A DNA stretch of 63,387 nucleotides, counting the filler, from Folioceros fuciformis (taxonomy: Eukaryota): NCBI GenBank assembly GCA_049999805.1. It is 12 parts of 12 records of this genome, joined end to end, with 100 filler letters (N's around TTAATTAATTAA, not from the genome) between each part and the next. Parts side by side here need not be neighbours in the genome. Positions count along the whole stretch, not along the records: positions 34,391 to 44,332 come from JBNGIO010001842.1; 11 more parts are not named here. One strand, given 5' to 3'. The notes beneath the pieces are model-generated. The model saw only the letters and a program-made list of their open reading frames with translations, was not told where the DNA came from and made no database searches. Shown here piece by piece: positions 34,391 to 44,432 of this stretch; the first letter of the stretch is position 1, and each line of letters begins with the position of its first letter. Position numbers and translations under genes: made by a program.

Positions 34391-37300
34391 TGGCAGAAGT
34401 TGTGTGACCTGTATGAGAAGCAAAGTGCGGCTTCTCAGGTGTACTGGTTGAAACAGCTGGTGGACTTGAAGATGAAGGAAGGGACGAGGATGTCCGATCA
34501 TCTGAATGAGTTCAATACTATTTTCAGCCAGCTCTCAGCTCAAGGTATCTTGTTCCCAGATTCCGTGATAGCTATGTTTCTGTTGGTCAATTACCAGAGA
34601 GCTGGGACACCTTTCGTACCGCTCTGAGTAATTCCGCTCCTACTAGTGGTCTTACCGTTGTAAATATAGAAGGTAGCCTATTAACAAAGGAGGTGAATAG
34701 GAAGAACATGGAACCTTCGAAAGGTTCCAATGCCCTCATGGTGAGAGGAAGGTCCACTCCAAAGGGGAAGTACAAGGAGCGAAGTCTTTCCCGTAGTAAG
34801 TCTCGTAGTCGTAACAATGTTGAATGTTATCATTGTCACAAGAAGGGTCATATCAGAAGGGACTACGAGAAGTTCAAGAAGGACAAAGAAAAGGAAAAGA
34901 AGCAAAGCGACAACAAGGCGAGCTCAAGTACCAAGCCTAACGAGGTGAATTCTGTTGACGATGGAGATGTTCTTATCTCTTCTTCCTTCGATTCTACACA
35001 ACTGGCAACCGTGGATAGTCATTTATTCTCTAATTGGATAATTGACTCTGGAGCATCTTTCCATGTTACTCCGTATAGGGAGTAGTTTAGCACTTATGAT
35101 GCTACTAGGAAAGGATGTGTTCGGCTTGGAAATAACTACGCGTGCGAGATTGCAAGCGTTGGTCATGTGCAGCTGAAGTTCCACAACGGATCTTCATTCA
35201 CATTGAAGGATGTTAGGCATGTTCCGAAGTTGACAAAAAGCATGATTAGCGCAGGGCAGTTGGATCACGCTGGCTACCACTGTTGGTTTGGAGATAATTC
35301 TTGGAAGGTCTCCAAAGGTTCTCTTGTGTTAGCTTGCGGATCAAAGTGTGGCACTTTGTACTCACTTCAGGTAACCACTATCAAGGATCATGTGATTTGT
35401 GTAACGGAACAGCCAAGTGTTTCCTTATGGCATAGTCGGTTAGGACATATGTCTCAAAAAAGAATGAAGATCTTATCTCGTTTTGGTTATGTCCCTGCTT
35501 TTAACTTCTCCGATTTCTCCGTGTGTGAGCACTGTTTGTATGGGAAACAGACGAAGTCACCACATGGAGCAAGAGGTAAACACAAAAGTAAACCTCTTAA
35601 GTTGGTTCACAGTGACGTTTGTGGACCTATGCCCACTGTATCGTTAGGCGGTGCATCTTATTTTGTCACTTTCATCGATGACTTCTCACGCAAGGTGTGG
35701 GTTTATCCTTTGAGGAAAAAGGATGATGTTCTGACAGTGTTTCAGAAATTCGTCACCCTTGTGGAGAATCAGTCTGGCCTCCGACTGAAGTGTCTAAGGA
35801 GAGACAATAGGGGAGAGTATGTCTCGAAGGCTTTCCAGTCATTCTGTGATTCTAAGGCAATCAAGAGAGAATTGACTGCGCCGTGTTCTCCTCCCAAGAA
35901 TGGTGTGGCTGAACGGATGAACAGGACCATCAAGGAGAGGATGCATAGTTTGTTGTCAAACTCTGGATTGCCTAACGGATTTTGTTTGGGCAGAAGCAGT
36001 AGTTACGGCAATGCATCTTATTAACAGATCTCCTAATAGGACTATGAATGAACAGGTTCCAAAGGAGATGTGGTCTGGCAAGAAGCCGTCGTACAAGCAT
36101 CTATGAGTGTTTGGCTGCGAGGCATACTACCATGTTCCGAAAGAGTTTCGGGACAAGTTGGCACCCAAGTCCAAGAAATGTATTTTTCTTAGCTATGGTG
36201 AATCTGGTGAGATGGGATATCGTCTATGGGATCTAGAAGCCAAGAGGATGGTTCGTAGCAATGACGTGTTCTTCTTCAATGAGACCAAGATGCACAAGAA
36301 GCCTACTCCAGCTATGGAGGTGCGACGGGTGGTGTTTCAAGAAGATGGATTTGACCATCCCACGCAGGTTGAACGTCGTGATGTGCAAGAACAAGTTCCT
36401 TCACTTGTACAAGAGGAGAGAGGGCAACCAGCTCCGGTCGAGGCGCCACTGCTTCGTAGGTCCGGAAGGATCTCACGTCCTCTTGACAGGTATGTTGCAT
36501 CTCTTGATTATGTCATGCTAAAGGATTGTGGGGAGCCCTCTTGTTATCAAGAGGCCATGTCAGTGACTAACAAGGACAAGTGGAAAAAGGCGATGCAGTC
36601 GCAGATGGATTCGCTCCATAAGAACCAAACTTGGAAGTTGGTTCGGTTGCCTAGGGGTAAGAAGGCATTGCCATGCAAATGGGTGTATAAGATGAAGGAC
36701 ATACGCCATTATGGCAAACCCAAGTACAAGGCACGATGTGTTCTTGGTCTGGTTGCGAGGCTCGACATGGAACTTGTCCAGATGGATGTGAAGTCGGCAT
36801 TTTTGCATGGTGATCTCCAGGAAGAGGTATACATGCAGCAACCAGAGGGTTTCATTGAGAAGGGCAAAGAGAATCTGGTGTGCAGGTTAAAGAAGAGCCT
36901 TTGAACTAGGCACCCAAGGAGTGGTATTTCAAGTTCCACTCATTTATGCTTTCTCAAGGCTACAAGCGTAGCGATGAGGATCATTGCCTCTATACGAAGC
37001 AAGCTAAGGATGGAAGCTTGCTCATTCTGGTCCTCTATGTGGATGATATACTAATTGCTAGGACTAACAGTGATGAGATTTCAGCGTTGAAGTCAAAGTT
37101 GAATGGTCGCTTTGACATGACAGACTTGGGAGAGGCAAGCCATATTCTTGGCATGCGTATTCGTCGAGACAGACAGAAGCGTTTGCTGTACTGGTCTCAG
37201 ATTGAATACATTAACAAGGTGCTTCAACGTTTCAATATGGAGAAGGGGAAGGTCTTAAGTACTCCGTTGCCTCCATATGTGAAACTTTCGAGCAAGGATT

Positions 37301-38363
37301 GCCCAAGTTCTGCGGAGGATAAAGCTGAAATGGAGAAGGTTCCATACTCATTAGCTGTAGGGAGTTTGATGTATACAATGATTGCTACACATCCTGACAT
37401 TGCTTTTGCAGTGGGAGTGGTTAGCAAGTTTTTGTCAAACCCTGGCAGGAAGCATTGGGAGGTAGTGAAAGGAGTTATGAGGTACTTGAATGGTACAAAA
37501 GCTTTGTGCATATGTTTTGGTAGTGAAGATGCATATGTCGTGGGATATACAGATGCTGATTATGTAGGGGATATGGACAAAAGGAGGTCCACATCAGGTT
37601 ATGTCTTCACGTGCACTGGAGGGGCAGTCTCATGGTGATCTCGTTTGCAATCGTGCATAACGCTATCTACCACAGAGGCCGAGTATGTTGCAGCACCTGA
37701 GGCGTGCAAGGAAGCCATGTAGCTTGCTCGTTTAGTGGGAGATTTGGGAATCAAGGTTGTGCTGCCAGTGTTGCATTGTGATAACCAGAGTGCTATTCAA
37801 TTGGCAAAGAATCCAGTGTTTCATGCGAAGACCAAACATGTGGAAGTGAAGTATCACTTCATTCGAGAGGTGTTGGAAGACAAGAGGGTACAACTTGTCA
37901 CAGTTCACACCAGTAAGAACCCTGCACATGTTCTTACCAAGGGGCTCTCTTCGGAGCAATTCGCACAAGCTCGGACACTCATGGGCATGAGGTAGACCAC
38001 TCCCCTATGAAGGTAAATTGGCCTTTAAGGGGGCGGTTGTCTGAGCTTAGACAAATGTGTTTAGTCTAAGATTAGTGTCTAGTTAAGTATCATTAGTTTA
38101 GATTAGCTTAAGCTAATCTGTAGGAAGCTTCTTGTGCAGCTTCTTGTGGGCTTCTTGAGAAGCTTCCTAGGGAGCTCTTCTAGGGGGTATAAATACCCCC
38201 TTGAGCTCCCATGTATTTGTGTGACTCTATTGTGAGTGTGTGACCTCTGTTTCTCCTCCTCCTTGCCTCCTCCTCTCTTCTCCTTCACCATGTAGTTCCT
38301 AGAGCAATCCTTCAATAACCTGTCGCAGATTTGATCAAGATTGGAGTGCAAATTACGACAACA
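34391..38363 (+). mobile_element. Degenerate Ty1/Copia retrotransposon, copy B, with PPT and 3' LTR (38038-38363)
   Basis: Gag-PR-IN-RT-RNase H (WIIDSGASFH, LWHSRLGHMS, YVDD, GYTDADY..KRRSTSGY, LHCDNQSAIQLAKNPVFHAKTKH); stop at 37995; PPT-like AAGGGGGCGG; LTR TGTCTGAG...ACAACA with TATAAATA. Confidence 0.95.
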
Positions 38364-39075
38364 CTTAAGTGTGGGCGAGGACATCTGGTGGGATTCATTT
38401 TGGGCAAAACAAGAGACCATCGTTCAAATAATAAATTCGGGTGTGGAGCAAGACCTCTTGTGGTCATGGCAATGGTATAATCGTGATGAGGTAGGGTTGT
38501 TGAATACACTGTTACACGTACCAGATGCATTGGTGGTGGAAAACCCACGAATACGAGAAGTTCCTAGAAGAGACATATACATGGGCGCGCATAAAAGAGA
38601 GGCTCACATTTGCAACAACTATGGTAGCTTGAATGGAGATGTATCAAAGATAGAAGCAGGGCACATGATTATTGTCCCATGCGAGATAGACGATGACAAT
38701 AGGCCTTTATGGATCACCTAAAAGTTGGACGCACATAAGGACAATGACATTCCAACTGTCACAGACCATTGGTGGGTCACCAAATGGTCAGATGCACTTG
38801 AAGCTTGATACCAAGAGTAGATGATATTGCCAAATGAAGATCCTCCCAGGGGTTCTAGACGAGGACGAAAACGACAGCTAAGTAGAAGACTTCGAAAGCA
38901 TATTGACACATTATCTATCGTGAACACTCTTATTTTAGCGTATGGATTTGATTTGACTCGTCAAAAATAGCTTCATGCTCGCACTCGAAACCTTGTTAGA
39001 AAGAACTTGTATGTGCTTAAACAAGATCAGGAAAATCCTCCAAATAGAATCAATGACCAACTGGTAGATACTTAG
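38364..39075 (+). pseudogene. Decayed C-terminal part of an unknown ORF, likely a DNA-transposon protein, into which Copia B inserted
   Basis: One frame reads ..GHMIIVPCEIDDDNRPLWIT*KLDA..VTDHWWVTKWSDA..RGRKRQLSRRLRKHIDTLSIVNTLILAYGFDLTRQK*LH with scattered stops; followed by a palindrome array. Confidence 0.45.
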
Positions 39076-39215
39076 ACTATACTAGTGAAGTACTTTCATT
39101 TATACCCCACACCCTTGTCATATGTCCATGTCCGAACATTGTTTGCAGAGAGCTGTGGTTGGCTATCCATAAAAGCATCCCTCGGTTTGCCAATGCCATG
39201 AATGCCTCTTCTAGT

Positions 39216-39457
39216 AGTGCTCTGGTCAGCTGGCAAAGATCCTGTGGGGGTGCACAGATAGATTGGCGAACTCAGTCTGTGGTCGGCGCACCCCCACGAA
39301 TGCTTGTGCCAGGCTTCCCCCTAACCCTATCTGGGTGTTCGCCGGCTGATTAGCGCACTTCCTCAAGAGTGCTTTGGTCTTCTGGTGCACTGCAGCATTG
39401 TGTGCGCCGGTAGACGGGCGCACACACTACAACCGTGCGCCGGCATACCAGCGCACG
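39216..39457. repeat. Second array of the GTGCGCCGGTAGACCGGCGCAC palindrome (~7 degenerate copies, mostly ~32-35 bp apart)
   Basis: For example TGTGTGCGCCGGTAGACGGGCGCACACA (39399) and CGTGCGCCGGCATACCAGCGCACG (39434). Confidence 0.75.
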
Positions 39458-39837
39458 TATGTGTAAATGATTGATATTCAAAAAGCCCCTCACATTTACC
39501 AACTTCTAGTAATGCCGATTTCAAAAATTATCATTGCATGTGGCTGCAGCGGGGAATAACAATCCGACCATAGAGCTGGGCAGTATAAAGGAAGTTTGCT
39601 ATTCCCAACCCGCAATTTCGCGTAGTTTCTTGGTGAACATGATGAATACGACGTGCATCGTGGATGTTGTTCAGTTTATTTCGGGATCTTTCACATCAAA
39701 TAGCATGAATCATGAATACGTGCTATGAAAAAAAGTGAAGAAAATCTTCCGAAGCCCGATTTGGTAGAATACGACCATTAGGTGCAGACCTTGTTGCTTT
39801 GCCACCATACCAAACACCCAAGCAGAGAAACTGTTAC

Positions 39838-40458
39838 TACATGTTGACACCCCCTCAAGTACTTGTCTCCCTCTGTAAGTAGAGGTGCACTGTAAACAAG
39901 GTTTCCTAAAAAGAGTAAAAGAACCCCTCAAGTACTTGTCTCCCTCTATAAGTAGAGGTGCACTGTAAACAAGGTTTCCTAAAAAGAGTAGAGGAACTCC
40001 AACTCTTAGAGAATGAGGTTATTTAGGTCCCAAAGTGACTTACATTTCACTAGAAACTTACCAGGGGCCATTTTGTGCAGAAGAGGGGTAAAAAACATGT
40101 GCATACTACTCCAACAACGTAGCATCCTCTAAACTACTATTTTTGGCTTTCTTGCTATTTCAAACTATGTTCAAAGTACTTGAGTGTTTGTTTGGCTGAG
40201 GGAGCTCAAGAGGGTATTTATACCCTCTAGAAAAACTCCCAAGGAAGCTTCACAAGAAGCTCATAGGAAGCTTCACAAGAAGCTCACAGGAAGCTATGCA
40301 GGAAGCTTCCTAAAGATTAGCTTAAGCTAATCTAAACTAATGATATTTAATTAGACATTAATCTTAGACTAATTACATTAGTCTAATTAAACTAATCACA
40401 TGAGTTTAATTAGACTAATCACATTGGTCTAAGCACATTGGGCTTTAATAACCCTACA
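39838..40458 (-). mobile_element. Solo LTR related to the Copia B LTR, in opposite orientation
   Basis: 40200-40440 is the reverse complement of 38040-38210 (GATTAGCTTAAGCTAATC, GAAGCTTC repeats, TATAAATACCC). Ends ...CCCTACA; possible TSD GTTAC/GTTAT; internal ~73-bp duplication at 39851-39990. Confidence 0.7.
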
Positions 40459-40534
40459 GTTATATCCTGGCACATTGTCAATAATAGTCTTTTGTTTCTT
40501 ACTCCTCACCTACAGATGCATTGGTGGAGCGGCA

Positions 40535-42330
40535 TTTTTTTCGCAAAGAAAAAATTCAGATTAATAACAGCACACAGCTATAGCAAGGATTACAAGAGAA
40601 AAACATTAACAATTGAATTATGAGTTAGCGTATACACTAGCTCCAAAACTGAAGGACTAGACAACTCTTGACCTATACTATGATATGAGCTGTTCCCCTC
40701 GCCCCAAGTGGGGATAAACCTTACTTGCCCCATGGACAAGAGTGATTCCGTTGGCTATTGTGCTCGAGAAAGCCGGCTGATTTCCACTCTTTCCGCTTGA
40801 ACTTGGTAGGAGTAGATGTTCGAATACTGTCAGCGACTACCAGAGCCTATTCCTAGATACGCCATAGCAAAGCTTTACACGACACTGGGTCTCTCCTGCC
40901 ATAGACCACTGACGTCCAGTTTTGCCACAAGGACAAGAGTGATGAAGACCACACCACCCCCCATCATTGACTTTGGAGTAGTGGCCCTCCCGAAGCCCCA
41001 TGTAGCCCGAATAAGGCTATTTGCTATGTAACCATGAGGTTGCTCTCGGGGAGAAGCTTGTGTAGCAACTTGCCAACTTTGCTCTAGACACCTTGCCCAT
41101 ATTCGCAATGTAAGAATAAATGTTGGCTTCTGTGGGGGGTGCCAACGTTGCATAGTCGGCACCACTCCTCCCCCGCAACCACCAACAGGCCGTCCCAGTG
41201 ATCCCCATTAGGCAAGCAAGCTTGGAAGAAGCACCAGATGGTTACCCTCACCTTGGGGGGGATACCTATAGTCGACCACAGGAGTTTTATAATTGCTCTC
41301 TGACGACGAAGGGCAGTTTCAGCCTGGGTGCTAGTGGATTTTGCTAATGTATTTTTTGTGCGCGCACAAGCCCAAGGTCGGTAGCCGCCGACGGAAAGTT
41401 GAAGAAAGATCTCGCATTTTCCTGCTTACTTCCGGGACTCCCAGGCCATGTAAAGAGGTCAGCACGCAGCACCAACTCCCAATTCTCCTTCAAGCAAAAC
41501 CAACACCTTACTAGAGCTTGTTGCAAAGGTTGTTTCTTGTTGCCTTGTTCTTCTTGGGTACGCCAATAACCCACCCACCTGGTTCTGTAGAGAATTGTGA
41601 TCCTTCGTAAAGCCTCACCACAGATCGCTCCTTCCTCTCTACGTGTCTTCTCCAAAAATTCCTCTATGTTCATTGTCCTATAGGATAAGTTCTCGCTGTC
41701 TCCTGTCAGTGATGACACAAATACTACCCGGTCTAAGTTTGGAAAAGGTGCTTAGTCTTCTTGGTCGGAATCCTTTGTCCTATGGTCCATGGAATAAGCT
41801 CCCCACGTACTATTGACCACATGGGCCTGCTGTAGTAACGACTGTTTCACCCCTTCATCCATCCCTTCCTGCAGCCACGAAAGGATTAGTCTCACGTGCC
41901 GAGTTTGAATCCCAAACTCTTCTTAAGTCTCCTCCACTGTTTTCCAGCAAGACTCTACTCTGTTCCACAACTGCTCGAGTTGGAAGAGCCCTCTTCGACT
42001 AGTTGAACCAATACTGAGATCAATACTGACAAGCTAAGAGCGATACACTCAAGATATAAAGTCTTGTGACCATAACCCCCTATAACCTTGAAGAGGAATG
42101 CCTAGCACATCATTCATGTTCAAAGGCTTGGCTAGAAGAAGGAAGGTTTTAACCTCCAGGAAGCTACTCCAGATTGAGGCGAAAAGCGAAGAACATTCCC
42201 TGGTGTTGAGCATAGGCTTGTCCACCAACATGATATCCATCAACATGATACGTTCCAGTGCGGGTATGCCTGCAACCGTCCGTGGCGGTTACGCCTCGCC
42301 TTCTGCATGATGGCAGGGTAACTGCTTCTT
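40535..42330 (-). mobile_element. Degenerate L1-type LINE, 3' part of ORF2 (post-RT region and zf-RVT) with A-rich tail
   Basis: SSLFASIWSSF..GIPLQG; LEQLWNRVESCWKT; LLWSTIGIPPKVRVTIWCFFQACLPNG..CRLC; T-run at 40535 on the plus strand. Confidence 0.7.
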
Positions 42331-42569
42331 GAACCGACTGTCCTCATTGTCAATCCGGTGGCCGAACCGGCGGGATAAGAGTCCGGCATGCCACCCACTC
42401 CGAAAACTCAGATCCACTGTAAATACTTACTTTTTCAAGTCCGCTCTATTTCGTTGAACTCCGGAAAAAAAAACTCCAGTAGACTTCTAGAGTAAAGCTC
42501 CGATAGGTATTTTTGGGGGTGACAGAGTGATGTACATAATTGCATTGAATCCTGGATACCTATGCTTCA

Positions 42570-43159
42570 GCGTCAGACAAGGAAACTTGTTAAGTGTTTT
42601 TCGTACAGATCATGGTGGAGAATTTTTTGGCCACAAGTATGAAGATCTATTTCAGTCACAAGGGATCATTAGACAGTACTCTATGCCTTATACCCAACAA
42701 CATAATGGAGTAGTAGAGAGAAAGAATCAAACACTTATGGGCATGATTAGAGGCATGCTTAGCTGGGCTGGCTTACCAAAACAATTATGGGCTGAAGCTA
42801 TTTCGACTATTGCGTATATTTTGAATCGCATTCTTACAGCAGCAGTTCCATGAAAGACGCCATGTGAGGTTTTCTGGAAGAAGAAACCAAGTCTGCTACA
42901 TCTGAGAGTATTTGGTCCGTTAGCTTATGCCTATGTTCCTAAAGAGCGAAAGCAAAGTTAGATAACAGAGCCAAGCCATATATATTTTTGGGTTATTTTG
43001 AAACTTCAAAGGCATATAGATTGTACGATTCATGTACCCATCAAGTGGTTTTGGCTCGTAGTGTTGTGTTTGATGAATTAACTTCTCCCGAGACAAGTCT
43101 TGTTTCAGATCAGTTGAGGGTAGATGCTGATTCGAGTAGTGCTCCTGCTGAACAACAAG
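42570..43159 (+). mobile_element. Ty1/Copia integrase fragment
   Basis: FRTDHGGEF..PYTQQHNGVVERKNQTL..LPKQLWAEA..LRVFG..GYFETSKAYRLYD..RSVVFDE. Confidence 0.9.
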
Positions 43160-44332
43160 TGTGGAGGCAAAACCCCGGGCACTGATTGCCAATGGGTTCC
43201 ACCTTTAGTGGCCGCACTTATCCCACTGTCGTTGAGACATTGGGTTTCGTTCCCACGAAGGAGCGATGGGGTTCCTTGTTGCTGTGGATGGAGGGTCGGA
43301 CTTGATCAACTCGATGATGGATTCGAGGGCTTCCCTCCAGCTCCGATCAGGCATAGGACAGGCCTCGCTGTCCAGCGGTCAGCTGCACCTCTCTCGGTGC
43401 CCACAAACTCACTCCAGTCACTACAACGACCCTAACCTCTTAGATCTGCGACTTCCCTCACTCACTTCACTCACTCTCTCACTTCAGCACCAACACCAGC
43501 AACTAACAATGACACCACTACCTTCTACACTTCCCTACTGACTCCTCCTACCCGGCAAGAGTCACTAGACTAACCCCAAAGAAAAGAAAGAAGGGAACAC
43601 ACTCCCCTCTTGGATATCTCCTCCCCACAACCTTACTAGAGGCCATGAGACATGGCTGGCCTACAGCACTTGTCCAAGCAAGGAACAAGAGTGGACAAGT
43701 CGAGAGAAAGACACATCCTTTATAATCAAGAGCTAGGGGCAAGCCCCTACACCCTGGTCATTACAACTTGTGATCCTACCAGACACTATACAATCGGCAA
43801 CATGCTGCCTGCGATCCTACCAGACACTGTACAGCCGGCAACACGCTGCCTGCGATCCTACCAGACACTGTACAGCCGGCAACACGCGGCTTGCGATCCT
43901 ACCAGACACTGTACAGCTGGCAACACACTGCAGGTCCTAATCCAAGCAGGGACAGACCACAAGAGCTCATGAAGAGAGGACCTCCAAGAGCTCATGAAGA
44001 GATAGACTGACTCCCAAAGTGAATGACTCCCTCCTCCTACAGGCTCACCTGATCTTATAGGAGCTTCTCTCTCTCTTTGACTTCATCTCTCTCTAACTTG
44101 AGAAATATTATTTTAATAGGACCACTAGCCTAGCCGGCTATCACCAGCTTATCACTAGCCACTTATTTAGACTTCTAGCACATCTTGCCACCAATGAGCT
44201 CCTGGCCCTACCACCACAAGGATCTACCACCTCTTAGACTATCCTGAGACTTCGGAGGATGTCTGATCTTCAAAGATCTGCGGATGCCGCCTCTTCCTTG
44301 CTGGATGGCCGCCCGCTAAGTCTTCCCCTGCA
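43160..44332 (-). mobile_element. Long LTR-like insertion interrupting the integrase fragment
   Basis: Begins TGTGGAG like the 27792 LTR; non-coding, C/A-rich; runs to the linker. Confidence 0.55.
43769..43930. repeat. Tandem repeat, 4 x 41 bp
   Basis: TGCGATCCTACCAGACACTGTACAGCCGGCAACACGCTGCC at 43769, 43810, 43851 and 43892. Confidence 0.95.
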
Positions 44333-44432
44333 NNNNNNNNNNNNNNNNNNNNNNNNNNNNNNNNNNNNNNNNNNNNTTAATTAATTAANNNNNNNNNNNN
44401 NNNNNNNNNNNNNNNNNNNNNNNNNNNNNNNN

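Noticed and set aside
41302-41331. Plus-strand DDEGQFQPG resembling the cryptochrome EEEGQFQPG motif
   Set aside because: Flanked by stops with no further CRY similarity; lies antisense within the L1 ORF2 remnant, so it is coincidental.
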